Shown here piece by piece: positions 37,587 through 48,005 of a stretch of DNA of 64,000 nt. Below the pieces are notes generated by a model. It did not search any database. It had not been told where the DNA came from and saw nothing but the letters and a program-made list of their open reading frames with translations. A program made the position numbers and the translations under genes. Source of the stretch: an uncultured Acidobacteriota bacterium (GTDB lineage Bacteria > Acidobacteriota > Thermoanaerobaculia > UBA5066); assembly GCA_963779415.1 (NCBI GenBank), contig CAVZYA010000001.1, positions 2,112,001-2,176,000 on the forward strand, read 5' to 3'. Positions within the stretch are counted from its first letter, which is position 1. The number at the start of each line of letters is the position of its first letter.

Positions 37587-38822
37587 TCAGTTCGAGACGG
37601 TTGTCAGCGGACCGTCGGCTAACCAGTTGAACGTCTGCGAAACGCCGGCGCAGACCCCCTCCGTGCGCGTGTACGTGAGCGTGCCGGAGAGGTTGCCGAA
37701 CCAGTCGGCAACCACGGTCCCGGTCCAATGGGCGGCAGTGCCGTCCGTGCCGATGAGGGAAAAGCTGCCGTCGGCATTCTGCGAGAAGTCGGAGTTGGAT
37801 CCCGCGTACCCGGGTTCGATCGCCTGCATGTAGAACTGATTTGCGCTCTTCGAGCACTTGCTGAGGTTGATGCTGGTCGCGAAGTGCGTCGGAGCGGACG
37901 CGTAGACCTCGAGTCTTCCGCCGTACATGCCGTGGAGGTCGTTGGCGAAGATCGTGCCGTAGGCCCCGTTGCTCGGAAAGCCCGCCACCTTGTTGGCCGC
38001 CACGTAGTTCTGCGAGGAGATCGCGTTGTCGATGACCGTCGCGCCGAGGAGGACGGGACCGCCGCTCGTGACCGAGACCTTGAGCCAGAGGTCCGTGTCA
38101 GCTCCGGGGTAGCCGAACGAGTTCGCGATGTCGGTCTGCTGGGCAGAGCCATGGGGCGCGAGAGTGTACGTCCGTTGCCCGAGGACGCCTCCGTTGCCGC
38201 TCATCAGGGAGACGGCCAGGGCCGTCTGCGCGCCGCCGGTGTTGAGCATGATGAAATTCGACCGGAACCCCGAGGCGCGGGTGGGCGAGGCGGAAATGTA
38301 GCTGACCGAGGCGACATCTCCCATGAAAATCCGCTGCTTTTCGGCCTGGGCCGGGATCGAGATGCCGTACGTGCCGGTGACGCCCGTGGAGCTGAGCCCG
38401 TTGGCGACGTAGGTGCGGGACATGACACTCACCGCGAGGTCGGAGTCGACGCGGATTCCGCCCGCCTCGATGCCGAAGGGAGCCGGCGCCGCGCTGAAGT
38501 ACGTTTCGACCACGTCCTCGATGGCGAAGGTCGTACCGGCGGCGACGACGACGATCACTTGCGGGGCATCCGTGTTGTCTCCGCTCGCCGTGAAGCTCGC
38601 GTCGAGGGGTGACTGGGCGAGGTAGGTGAGCGTGACGTTCGCCGCGACGTTCCAGGGGTTCGTGATCCTCAGCGAGCTGACGAACTGTTCTCCTTTTGCG
38701 CCGGTTGCCTTCGCCGTCGCCAGGACCCACTGCGTCTTTCGCGGGAAGTCCGCGCGTAAAGGCGCCGCCGCAATCACGACGACGCACGCTGCCAAGAGAG
38801 TCCTCCAGTTCTTACCGTTCAT
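37587..38822 (-). CDS. secreted beta-rich hypothetical protein
   Basis: Signal peptide; GAKGEQFVSSLRITNP, SRTY...GTYG, FRSNF, ATVIDN pattern that I associate with acidobacterial secreted proteins. Confidence 0.8.
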   Translation of the reverse strand: MNGKNWRTLLAACVVVIAAAPLRADFPRKTQWVLATAKATGAKGEQFVSSLRITNPWNVAANVTLTYLAQSPLDASFTASGDNTDAPQVIVVVAAGTTFAIEDVVETYFSAAPAPFGIEAGGIRVDSDLAVSVMSRTYVANGLSSTGVTGTYGISIPAQAEKQRIFMGDVASVSYISASPTRASGFRSNFIMLNTGGAQTALAVSLMSGNGGVLGQRTYTLAPHGSAQQTDIANSFGYPGADTDLWLKVSVTSGGPVLLGATVIDNAISSQNYVAANKVAGFPSNGAYGTIFANDLHGMYGGRLEVYASAPTHFATSINLSKCSKSANQFYMQAIEPGYAGSNSDFSQNADGSFSLIGTDGTAAHWTGTVVADWFGNLSGTLTYTRTEGVCAGVSQTFNWLADGPLTTVSN

Positions 38823-38913
38823 GATTACTCCCCCCTTTCAGGCCGGCGTTTTCTGCTCGACCACTGAAGATCCCACTCGTTCTCAGCCCCGAACCGCTTC
38901 TCCTTCCTCGACT

Positions 38914-40146
38914 CTACTGGGGCTGAAGCCCGGGCTCATCCCGGAAAATCGACGCCCCGTATCGGAGGACCTCCTGCATCTCTTGCGCCGTCACGTCGGC
39001 CTCGTAGATCTCGAGAAAGTTCACGCGCTGTCCAACTTCGTTCGGCTTCATTGCCAGGTCGATGGATTTTCGCAACGCGAGAGGAGGATCTCCGCTGGCG
39101 CCCATGTGCTCCGATCGGTTCACGGCGGAGGTCGACATCATGTACCCCGTCGCCACTCGCCCGATGTGATCCCTGACGGCGCGATAGCCGAACGACTCCC
39201 TGGTACGTTCCGCATTGAGACCATCCTCTTCGAGGGCAAACTGGTTCGGATACCGCAGCCCCAGACGGATCACCTGCTCCCGCGTATACGTTCTTTGACG
39301 TTGGTCCGGAATCGGAAGACCGGGATAGAGCGCCAACGAAAAGTACTGACGGGGGAAGGTCGCGGCGTAGACGGCGAACGTCTGCCTCCACGCGTCGATG
39401 TACTTCTCACTCGTGTAGCCAGCGTGCTTCCACTCGGCGAGATCGGCGGGCCTGTTCGGCAAGGACATCTCGGCCGAGACGGACGTCGGACCGGCCGCGG
39501 CGACCTTTCGAAACGAGCTCCTGCCGGCGTACTTCTGTCCGACCGCCCGAAGGAAGGAGAACCAGCGCGACAGGTAGGTGCGATCCCAGGGGACGGGCAG
39601 GGGCAACGGCTTTCCGGCCTTGCCGCCGGGTCCGTACGGGATGGGACACGTCACGGTTTGCACGCCCTCCAAGGCCCATTTCGGCGTGCCGAAGCCGGGT
39701 ATGAGGACGAGCTCCACCCATTTGCCGTTCTGTTCGGCGTTCGAGAAGACCGTGTCGAGCTTGCTGAAGTCGAACGTTCCGTCCGCCGGTTCGACAGAAG
39801 CCCACGACGTTCGAAACGTAACGCCGGATGTGTTCGGATTGGCGTAGGCGTTCCGCGTCGAATCGCTCGTATCGAACAGGCGCCCCGTTCGCTCGGCGTC
39901 GATCGAATTCACCGTCGTGATTCCGGAAATCTCGAAGTGGTCCGCGGCCGTTGTTCGATCCTTCTGGTGCTTCTCCCGCGCCACGTGAGGTCGTTGCGCC
40001 ACCGTGATGCCCGGAAGCAGGAGGAGAGCACCGGCGGCAAGCAGGCGCGCGAGAATGCGGAACCAACACGCAGGGAAACGACTTCGATGGAACACTCTCA
40101 CCCTCCGCGTGCCGGTCTTCGGTGGAAGGCCTGCCATCCCTCTCAC
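38914..40146 (-). CDS. secreted glycoside-hydrolase-like protein (GH42/beta-galactosidase-like barrel)
   Basis: WASVEPADGTFDFSKLD, TPKW, PVPWD, AEMSLP; GTGA overlap with upstream gene; start uncertain. Confidence 0.72.
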   Translation of the reverse strand: MRGMAGLPPKTGTRRVRVFHRSRFPACWFRILARLLAAGALLLLPGITVAQRPHVAREKHQKDRTTAADHFEISGITTVNSIDAERTGRLFDTSDSTRNAYANPNTSGVTFRTSWASVEPADGTFDFSKLDTVFSNAEQNGKWVELVLIPGFGTPKWALEGVQTVTCPIPYGPGGKAGKPLPLPVPWDRTYLSRWFSFLRAVGQKYAGRSSFRKVAAAGPTSVSAEMSLPNRPADLAEWKHAGYTSEKYIDAWRQTFAVYAATFPRQYFSLALYPGLPIPDQRQRTYTREQVIRLGLRYPNQFALEEDGLNAERTRESFGYRAVRDHIGRVATGYMMSTSAVNRSEHMGASGDPPLALRKSIDLAMKPNEVGQRVNFLEIYEADVTAQEMQEVLRYGASIFRDEPGLQPQ

Positions 40147-42353
40147 TCGATCGTCCGCCGCCAGAAGCCGCGACCACGCGTCGCGATATAGAGAGTCGGG
40201 TTTCCGGATACGTTGTCGAAGTTGATCACGATGTCGTCGACTTTCTCGTGATAGCGCAGGCCATTTGAGTAGTCCTTCCAGTGCACCTTTCCGTCCTTGC
40301 CTCGATCGCCCCGGAACACGCCCTTGTTCGTGGCGAGAAAGAACTCCGATTTGTCCCCCGGATTCCCGATGAGCTTGACCAGGTTCGCATTGTCCGAAAC
40401 GGTGGCGATATCGCCCGTCACTTCCGTCCAGCTGGATCCTCCATCGTGGCTCACGTACGCGAGGCGAACCTCCGCGCCGTCCACGTTGTAATGACCGTCC
40501 CCGCTCGTGTAGTAGAGAGTGGTCCGCCGACGTGTCGACCGATCCGCATTGATCCGGGCGTCCTTGTCGACGGGATTCGCGGGTCTCGGCGGGGAGATGT
40601 CCCCGAGCAGAAGCACTCCAAGCAGAGAGCGCGGTCCGAGGAAGGCGTAGACGCCCGTATCGCCTGCCACCGTCGCCACGATTTCAATCTGGTCGGGATC
40701 GATGGTCGCATCGACGTTGCTGATGACGCCGGGAACCAGAATGGGTAGGAGACTGACGGGCCTCCAAGGCGAGGCCGGCGTCAGGAAGTCGTTGTAGTAG
40801 ACGCCGCTGAAGAGGCCGAAGGCCTGATCCGCCGTGAAGACGAGCGGGCTTGCGCGGCCGGGCGTCGGGTCAATCAGGACCGCGGCTGATTTCTCGGGGC
40901 TGAGATCGAAATCGATGCCGGTATGACTCTTCCCTCCGTCGTAAGACAGGTTCCGGGTGCTGGACCCGTTGGAATTGAACCCCATGTCGAGAGGGTTGTC
41001 CGGCCGGACGCTGACGTGCCTGCCATCGCCTTCGACGACGAGAGTGATCGCCGGATCCGCCGATACGTCCCCCCGCACGACGCCGTTGTCCTGAAGGCCC
41101 GCAAAGAAGACATCGGGGTTCGAATAGGAAGACGAGAGACCGCCCTGCAGGCTCGAGTACGACTCGGTCTTCGCCCCGCCGAGCTGCAGATTGTTGAGAC
41201 CCAGGAGGTTGCCGCTGTCGTCGACAGTGTCGTTCGTGATGTCGTAGGAATAGTAGCCGCCGTCGTTCCCGATGTGCAGGGTGGCGCCGTCATTCGAAAA
41301 GAGCATGAAGTTGTAGTCGGCGTGACCGCCGTCGAAGACGTGCGCCTTTACGTCCCAGGCCGGATGCGCCGTGGCATTCGTGCTTTGGAGGGACTTCACC
41401 ATGCCGAAGAAGATGTGCGCGGGATCGGCGGGATCGCATGCGATCGCGGAGACATGCGTCCCCTGGGAATCGGGATTGATCTGCGCGTCGTTCGAATAGA
41501 TGCTGACCCAGGTCATCCCGCGGTCCTGCGACCGATAGACCCCGTTGATCTTCTGGTCCGTCGTGAGCACGAGCGCGTACAGGTAATGGAAATCGGAGTT
41601 GCACGCGGCGAGCGAGACCCTGGCGATCGACCCCTCGATCCCCGTGCCGTAGGGCTCCCATCCGTTGGCGACGCCTTCGTACACGTAGATTCGCTGACCT
41701 ACGACTCCGGCGTACCAGCGGCTGGCGTCGCGTACATCCTGCACGACGTCCGTCGCCTCCACGCCGGAGAGCCACGGGGACCACTTCTTCCCGAAGTTGG
41801 TGGAGCGCCAGATCCCGTCCGAGCTGGCGGCGACCAGTGTCCTGCCGGTGGAATCCGAGTAATCCGCCACGATTCGGGTCACATGCGCGGGCGCGGACGG
41901 CTCTTTGGCATGCTGCCAGGTCGCTCCGCCCGTCGTCGTGTAGTAGATACCGTCTCCATTGGACCCCCAACCGATGGAACCGCTCCCGACCACGAAGTTG
42001 TCCGCGTCCAGGATGGCGAACGAGCCCAGTGTTTTCGCGCCGAGATTGTCGCTGAGGGGGACCCAGCTCACCGGCTTGCCGGAGCCGTCGACGATCTCCT
42101 TCCACAGTCCGCCCTCGGAGGCGAGAGCCCACAGGACATGCCGGCTCTGGGTGTAGTCATACGCCCGGGAAACCTGGACGAGTCGTCCGGACTGGTGATG
42201 GTCCTCGTTGGCCCTCTGCTCCTTCGTCGCGTGGATTCCGTTGCCGATCTGTTTCCACTCGTTTGCGGCGGCGGTCGAGGGCCAAGGCACTCCGCCGAAG
42301 GCCAGGATCCCGAGCGCCACGCTTCCGCCGAATCGAACGGTCTTGCGACTCAT
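40143..42353 (-). CDS. secreted BNR/Asp-box repeat beta-propeller protein
   Basis: Signal peptide; Asp-boxes TTTGGATW, STNFGKKW, SQDRGMTW, SHDGGSSW; GNDGG, GLQDNG, ATRGRGFW. Confidence 0.82.
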   Translation of the reverse strand: MSRKTVRFGGSVALGILAFGGVPWPSTAAANEWKQIGNGIHATKEQRANEDHHQSGRLVQVSRAYDYTQSRHVLWALASEGGLWKEIVDGSGKPVSWVPLSDNLGAKTLGSFAILDADNFVVGSGSIGWGSNGDGIYYTTTGGATWQHAKEPSAPAHVTRIVADYSDSTGRTLVAASSDGIWRSTNFGKKWSPWLSGVEATDVVQDVRDASRWYAGVVGQRIYVYEGVANGWEPYGTGIEGSIARVSLAACNSDFHYLYALVLTTDQKINGVYRSQDRGMTWVSIYSNDAQINPDSQGTHVSAIACDPADPAHIFFGMVKSLQSTNATAHPAWDVKAHVFDGGHADYNFMLFSNDGATLHIGNDGGYYSYDITNDTVDDSGNLLGLNNLQLGGAKTESYSSLQGGLSSSYSNPDVFFAGLQDNGVVRGDVSADPAITLVVEGDGRHVSVRPDNPLDMGFNSNGSSTRNLSYDGGKSHTGIDFDLSPEKSAAVLIDPTPGRASPLVFTADQAFGLFSGVYYNDFLTPASPWRPVSLLPILVPGVISNVDATIDPDQIEIVATVAGDTGVYAFLGPRSLLGVLLLGDISPPRPANPVDKDARINADRSTRRRTTLYYTSGDGHYNVDGAEVRLAYVSHDGGSSWTEVTGDIATVSDNANLVKLIGNPGDKSEFFLATNKGVFRGDRGKDGKVHWKDYSNGLRYHEKVDDIVINFDNVSGNPTLYIATRGRGFWRRTIE

Positions 42354-42443
42354 ACTCTGTCTCCTCCCTTCGCCTCGGTTTCTAAAGGCGGAAACGGGAA
42401 AGAAAAGCTGTCAGCCCGCGACCTGGAGGAGAATCGAACCGGC

Positions 42444-43021
42444 ATGGCGACAGCGCCCGCCCCCGCCGGGGAAGTGACCCGCCTCCTCCAGGCCTGGAAG
42501 CAGGGGGACCGGGAAGCCCTCGAGAGCCTGATCCCCCTCGTCTACAGCGACTTGCATCGGATGGCCGAGCGTCATCTCAGGGGCGAGCGCCCCGGCCATA
42601 CGCTCCAGCCGACCGCGATCGTCAACGAGGCCTACCTGCGACTGGTCGGCAGCGAGGGGGGGACTGGCAGAACCGGGCTCACTTCTTCGCGGCGGCTGCC
42701 CGGTCGATGAGGCGCATCCTCGTCGACCATGCCCGCTCCCGGGACGCGAAAAAGCGCGGCGGTCCCGGAAGCCGGTACGTGCTGGACACGACCGTCATGG
42801 TGGAGCCGCGGGCGGTCGACCTGATTGCCGTGGACGATGCGCTGGAGAAGCTGGCGGCGCTCGACCCGGCGCAGGGTCGGGTCGTCGAGCTCCGTTTCTT
42901 CGCGGGCCTGACCGAAGGTGAGACCGCGGAAGCGCTCGGGATCTCACCGGCCACCGTGCATCGCAAGTGGCTTTCGGCCAGGGCCTATCTCCATCGGGAG
43001 CTCGCCGGAAGTTCCCGATGA
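42444..43021 (+). CDS. ECF sigma factor, TIGR02999 type (frameshift in G7 run at 42656-42662)
   Basis: EVTRLLQAW...LIPLVYSDL...HTLQPTAIVNEAYLRL, then in the next frame DWQNRAHFFAAAARSMRRILVDHAR...VELRFFAGL; one extra G restores the frame. Confidence 0.88.
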
Positions 43022-45807
43022 CCCCGGAGACCTGGCAGAGAGTCCAGGAAGTCCTTGCCGAGGCCACGGAGATCGAGGCGGCATCGAGAAGCGCGTTTCT
43101 CGACGAAGCCTGCCGGGGTGATCCGGAGCTGCGGAAGGAAGTCGAGTCGCTTCTCTCCTCGCTGGAGACAGCCTCCGCGGGTTTCCTGGAGTCGCCGGCG
43201 ATCGACGCCATTCCCGAGGTGTCGCCCGCCAAACCGGGACCCGCCTCCCCGTCTCTCGCCCGAGGGACGCGCCTCGGTCCCTACGAGATTCTCGCCCTTC
43301 TCGGCGCGGGCGGGATGGGAGAGGTCTACAGGGCAAAGGACACCCGGCTCAACCGTGAGGTGGCCGTCAAGGTTCTTCCGCGGTCGTTCGCGGGGAATCG
43401 TCCGGCCCTTGCCCGTTTCAAACGGGAGGCGCAGGCCATCGCCGCGCTGTCACATCCGAACATCCGGGCGATTCACGACTTCGGAGAAGAGGGAGACATT
43501 CTCTACGCCGTCACCGAGCTCCTGCAGGGACAGACGCTGCAGGAACGGCTGGTGGAAGGGGCCCTCCCCCGGCGCAAGGCGGTGGAGTTCGCACAAGCCA
43601 TCGCCCACGGGCTTTCCGCCGCCCATGAGAAGGGGATCGTCCACCGCGATCTGAAGCCCGCCAACATCTTTCTGACCGACGACGGCGGCGTGAAGATCCT
43701 CGACTTCGGCCTGGCCAAGGTCGTCACGCGCGAGCCTGCGGCACCCGACGCTTCGACGGCCGTCGAGGCGTCCGAGCCCGGTCTGGTGATGGGAACGGTC
43801 GGATACATGTCGCCCGAGCAGGTGCGTGGGAAGGCGCTCGATCACCGCTCCGACATCTTCTCCTTCGGCGCCATCCTCTACGAGATGCTCTCGGGCCGGC
43901 GCGCGTTTCGCGGCGACTCCGCGGCGGAAACGATGTCGGCCATCCTCAAGGAGGACCCACCCGAGCTCTCCGCCACGGGCCAGAATGTCTCGCCGGCGCT
44001 CGAGCGCGTCGTCCACCACTGCCTCGAAAAGAACCCGGAGCAGCGGTTCCAGTCCGCGCGCGACCTCGCCTTCCACCTCGACGCGCTCTCGTCGATCTCG
44101 TCGGTTCCCCTTCCGATTCCCCCGGCGCCCGTGGCGCCGCGGCGGCGACGTCTCCTCCTTGCCGTCGCGGGCGTCCTCGCGGCGGCCACGGCGGCGGCCG
44201 CGGTCTGGCGGCTATCGACGCTGACAACAGAGCCGGCCCGGTACCGCCAGCTCACGTTCCGTCGGGGAACGATCCTGACCGCGCGCTTCGCGAAAGGCGG
44301 CGAGTCGATCGTCTACGGCGCCGCCTGGGATGGCGAGCCGTTCCGCGTCTTCTCCGTGCGCGCCGGGAGCCCCGAGTCGGCGGCGGTCGCGCTTCCTCCC
44401 GCCGACGTCCTTTCGATTTCAGCGTCGGGAGAGCTCGCCCTCTCGCTGAATCGGCGCTTCTTCTTCGGGTGGATTTCCGACGGGACACTCGCCCGGGCCC
44501 CGTTCGAGGGCGGGGCTCCGCGGGAGCTGCTCGAGAACGTGCAGGACGCCGACTGGGCCCCGGACGGGAGCCTCGCCATCGTCAGGCGGGTCAAAGGGCG
44601 GACGCGGCTCGAGTGCCCGGAGGGACGCGTCCTTGCCGAAACGCCGAGCTGGATCAGCCACCCGCGTGTCTCACCCGACGGAAGCCGGATCGCGTTCCTC
44701 GATCACCCGGTCTACGGCGACGACAGCGGCGCCGTGTCCGTCGTCCGCGCCGGGGAGGCGCCGCGCCGCCTGACGCCCGTCTACGCGTCCGCGCAGGGGA
44801 TCGCCTGGACTCCGGACGCGCGCAAAGTCTGGTTCTCGGCCTCCGAGAAAGGAGCGAACACGTCGCTCCTGGCGGTCGACCTCGCGGGCCGGGTACGGAC
44901 CGTCGCCCGCGCGCCCGGGCGCCTCCGGCTCCTCGACATCTCGCGCGCCGGGCGCATCCTCGTCGCGCGGGAAAGCTCGGTCACGAGCGTCTTCGTCGGC
45001 AGGTCCGGAGGGCGTGAGGAGCACGATCTCTCGTGGCTCGACCAGTCGACCGCGTGGGATCTCTCGGCCGACGGCTCGAAGCTTCTTCTGACCGAGGAAG
45101 GAGAGGGCGCAGGCGCCTCCTCGAGCGTCTACCTCCGCGGAACCGACGGCTCTCCCGCCGTCCGGCTTGGCGACGGCTTCGCCACCGCGCTCTCCGCCGA
45201 CGGAAAATGGGCGGTCGCCATCGTCTCCGGGTCGAGCCCCCAGCTCTGGCTCCTTCCGACCGGCCCCGGCGAGCCGAAGCTCGTCTCACGCGGTTCGATG
45301 GAGCAGTACCACTGGGCGCGCGTCCTCCCCGACGGCCGGCGCGTCGTGATCTCGGGGAACGAGAAGGGCGGAGGCGTCCGGCTCTTCGTCCAGGACATCA
45401 CCGGTCAGGCGGCGCGGCCGATCACGCCGGAAGGGACGGCTTACCTCATGCCCCCGTCGCCGGACGGCAAGCTCGTCCCGACGCGCGAATCCGGGCATGT
45501 GATGCTGTATCCGATCGACGGCGGGGCGCCGCGGCCTCTTCCCGGCGTCGTATCGGGGGACGAGATCCTGCTCTGGAGCGCCGACGGCCGCTCGATTCTC
45601 GTCCGGCGCGGGAATACCCTGCCGGTCCGCGTCGATCGCGTCGATGTCGCCACGGGCAAGGCCGCGCTCTGGCGCGAGATCGCCCCGGCCGACCGGACAG
45701 GGATGACCGAAGTCTCCTCGGTCCGGATCTCGAGGGACGGAGGCACGTACGCATACACCGTGCAGCGGCTTCTCTCCGAGCTCTACCTGGCCGAGGGGTT
45801 ACGCTGA
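43018..45807 (+). CDS. membrane Ser/Thr kinase with beta-propeller (TolB/WD40-like) sensor domain
   Basis: ATGA overlap with ECF; N-terminal extension TPETWQRV...ACRGDPELRKEVESLL; HRDLKPAN, DFGLAK; TM; WAPDG/SPDG/SADG repeats. Confidence 0.93.
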   Translation: MTPETWQRVQEVLAEATEIEAASRSAFLDEACRGDPELRKEVESLLSSLETASAGFLESPAIDAIPEVSPAKPGPASPSLARGTRLGPYEILALLGAGGMGEVYRAKDTRLNREVAVKVLPRSFAGNRPALARFKREAQAIAALSHPNIRAIHDFGEEGDILYAVTELLQGQTLQERLVEGALPRRKAVEFAQAIAHGLSAAHEKGIVHRDLKPANIFLTDDGGVKILDFGLAKVVTREPAAPDASTAVEASEPGLVMGTVGYMSPEQVRGKALDHRSDIFSFGAILYEMLSGRRAFRGDSAAETMSAILKEDPPELSATGQNVSPALERVVHHCLEKNPEQRFQSARDLAFHLDALSSISSVPLPIPPAPVAPRRRRLLLAVAGVLAAATAAAAVWRLSTLTTEPARYRQLTFRRGTILTARFAKGGESIVYGAAWDGEPFRVFSVRAGSPESAAVALPPADVLSISASGELALSLNRRFFFGWISDGTLARAPFEGGAPRELLENVQDADWAPDGSLAIVRRVKGRTRLECPEGRVLAETPSWISHPRVSPDGSRIAFLDHPVYGDDSGAVSVVRAGEAPRRLTPVYASAQGIAWTPDARKVWFSASEKGANTSLLAVDLAGRVRTVARAPGRLRLLDISRAGRILVARESSVTSVFVGRSGGREEHDLSWLDQSTAWDLSADGSKLLLTEEGEGAGASSSVYLRGTDGSPAVRLGDGFATALSADGKWAVAIVSGSSPQLWLLPTGPGEPKLVSRGSMEQYHWARVLPDGRRVVISGNEKGGGVRLFVQDITGQAARPITPEGTAYLMPPSPDGKLVPTRESGHVMLYPIDGGAPRPLPGVVSGDEILLWSADGRSILVRRGNTLPVRVDRVDVATGKAALWREIAPADRTGMTEVSSVRISRDGGTYAYTVQRLLSELYLAEGLR

Positions 45808-45826
45808 TGAAGAGCGGCCGCCCGCC

Positions 45827-46618
45827 TCAGGCCGGGGGTGCGAAGCGGGCGTCGCTCAAGGGCGGGTTCACCTCGACCTTGTCCACCATGACCCGGAGCA
45901 CCTGTGGCCGGCCGGCGGCCCGGACCTCGACGAGGTGGGGGAAGAGGATCCCTCCCGTCCTTCTGTAGTCGCCGAAGGTCGTCTCGATCCGGACCTGCTT
46001 CCCGCGCACATGCCGCGTGGCTTCGGTCCGGACCAGGCTGGCGGATTTCACGTCGACGTAAGCGGTGAGCACCCCGCCGCTCTTGAGGGTGAGCTTCAGC
46101 TTGTAGGCGTCGTGGCCGTCGACGGCTTCGCGGCCGACGAGTTCGATCAGACTCCCCTTGCCCTTCCAGTCGACGAGGGGCCCGTCGATGTCGGCCTGCT
46201 CTCTCGAATCGATCAGGGCCTCGTCCGGCAGGGGCTGTGGGCCCGTCTTTCCTTCGAGCGGAGCCACCTTCCAGCCATGCTGACCGTCGGAGGCGAAGAC
46301 GCTGGTGACGCCCTGGACGGTGAGCTCGAATCGAATCTTCCCGGGACGCTTGATCTCGCGCGTCACGAGCCCGTCGCGGCCCGCCCCGGCGCTCACGCGC
46401 CCTTCCTGGCGCAATGTCCGGAGGGCCCTCAGCTTCTGGATCCCTCCCCGGGCGGCCACGTACCGCCCGACGACCTCCTCGACCGTCGGGGACGGTGCGG
46501 GTTTCGCGGTGGGCGCGCTCGGCGTGGGAGGGGCGGCGAGGACGCCGGGAGCGGCCAGCAGGGCCGCGACGAGGACCGCCGCCAGATGCCCGTGGGAGGA
46601 GCCTCCGCGCGGGCTCAT
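45827..46618 (-). CDS. exported protein, LolA-like/lipoprotein-sorting fold
   Basis: Signal peptide; YVAARGG, SDGQHGW, FGDYR, VEVNPPLSDARF. Confidence 0.75.
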   Translation of the reverse strand: MSPRGGSSHGHLAAVLVAALLAAPGVLAAPPTPSAPTAKPAPSPTVEEVVGRYVAARGGIQKLRALRTLRQEGRVSAGAGRDGLVTREIKRPGKIRFELTVQGVTSVFASDGQHGWKVAPLEGKTGPQPLPDEALIDSREQADIDGPLVDWKGKGSLIELVGREAVDGHDAYKLKLTLKSGGVLTAYVDVKSASLVRTEATRHVRGKQVRIETTFGDYRRTGGILFPHLVEVRAAGRPQVLRVMVDKVEVNPPLSDARFAPPA

Positions 46619-47301
46619 CTCGCAACTCCGGCAGGATTCGGCCAGTACGTCACGCCATAGCCAAACCCGCCCCAGTAAACAGGGTTGTTTCTCATCCGGT
46701 CCGCTTCTTCCCGGGCACGTTTCTCGTCCTCTTGCTTCTGCAGCCGATCCATGCTGGCCGCAAACTGCGCGTCCGAGGCACGCCTGTCGGCCTCGTCACG
46801 CGCCTGCTCCCTCGCGGCATCGGACTGCGCCAGCTGCACCTCGGCGGGCGTCATCCACTCGCCGTCATACCTGACGAAACCGCGGGCACGGTAGCTCTCC
46901 TCCTCGGTGAGCCAGCGGCCGTCGACCTGCACGAACCCCAGCGCCTCCCGGGCCTCCTTGTCGTCGGGCGCGACCGCGAGGACCTTCTTGTAGGCCGCGC
47001 GCGACTGGGCCGAAAGTCCCCTCATCGAAGCCCACTGGGCCAGGCTGCGCCAGCCGCTCGCGTCCTGCGGCCCCAGCTTGCTCGCTCGTGCCTCGAACTC
47101 GTCGAGGGGCGAGGGGCCCCTCACGATCTCCTCGACCTCCTCCATCGGGAGGCCGATGGTTCCATCTCCGAAGTCAATCACCACCTTTTCCGCGGTCTGC
47201 TCGAGGATCCGGCCGGAGAACCTGCCTCCGCCCTTGAGATACACGACATCCGCGACGAGAAGTCCGGGCACGAGGAGCAGCAGCAGCAGGAGCTTTCTCA
47301 C
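46615..47301 (-). CDS. hypothetical exported protein
   Basis: GTG start, signal peptide, DVVYLKGG, ALGFVQVDGRW / GFVRYDGEW internal repeat; ATGA overlap with the next gene. Confidence 0.75.
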   Translation of the reverse strand: MRKLLLLLLLVPGLLVADVVYLKGGGRFSGRILEQTAEKVVIDFGDGTIGLPMEEVEEIVRGPSPLDEFEARASKLGPQDASGWRSLAQWASMRGLSAQSRAAYKKVLAVAPDDKEAREALGFVQVDGRWLTEEESYRARGFVRYDGEWMTPAEVQLAQSDAAREQARDEADRRASDAQFAASMDRLQKQEDEKRAREEADRMRNNPVYWGGFGYGVTYWPNPAGVAR

Positions 47302-47390
47302 GGCAGTCTCTTTCGACCAGGCGCAGTCTGGGATCGGCCAGCGGGATCTGTCAACCGCGGGAACACGGTCGAGGCAAGCATGCCGGGCCT

Positions 47391-47900
47391 TCACTCCAGG
47401 AAATCCAGGTCGCGCCCCGCCGTCTCGGCCATGCCCCAGAGGGAGACCAGGGCGAGGGAGATGCAGGCGAGGCCCACCGTCCAGGCGCTCCCGACGTAGC
47501 CCAGAGGGCCCCGGAGCAGGGAGAAGCTGCCTGTGATCAGCGGGACGGCCCCCCGGACGAAGTTCGGTACCGTGGTGGCCACCGTGGCACGGAGGTTCGT
47601 GCCGAACTGCTCCGCAGCGATGGTGACGAAGACGGCCCAGTAGCCCGCCATGAGGCCGAGGTACCCCGTCAGGAGGTAGAACGCCGTCGGGGTGAGGCCG
47701 CGCACCGTGAGGTAGGTGGCGATGCCGGAGAGCGTCCCGAGGATGAAGAGGAGAACGACCTTCTTACGGCTTCCCCAGACCTGGCTGAGGATGCCGGATG
47801 CGAAGCTCCCCAGCGTGATGCCGCTGTAGCAGAAGGCCACGGCGGTCCCCGCGGCCACGGGTCCCGTCACGCCGACCTTCGGGGCGAACTCGGGCGCGGA
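47391..47900 (-). pseudogene. duplicated 3' part of the MFS transporter gene (direct repeat copy 1)
   Basis: Matches 50692-51201 at offset 3301 with 6 mismatches; lacks the 5' part. Confidence 0.93.
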
Positions 47901-48005
47901 CTTGACTCGGGCATGTCTCGGCGTCGGGATGAGGAGATTCCCTCGCCGGGACGGAGCTCCAGGGGTTCGGGATAAGCTTCAAGGAAGAAGGCGGAGCAGA
48001 TCGAG

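Noticed and set aside
47349-47378. Fourth ECF-type promoter (TGTCAACCG)
   Set aside because: No CGT at 17-nt spacing and wrong strand for the adjacent gene; it more likely reflects a TTGACA on the minus strand.
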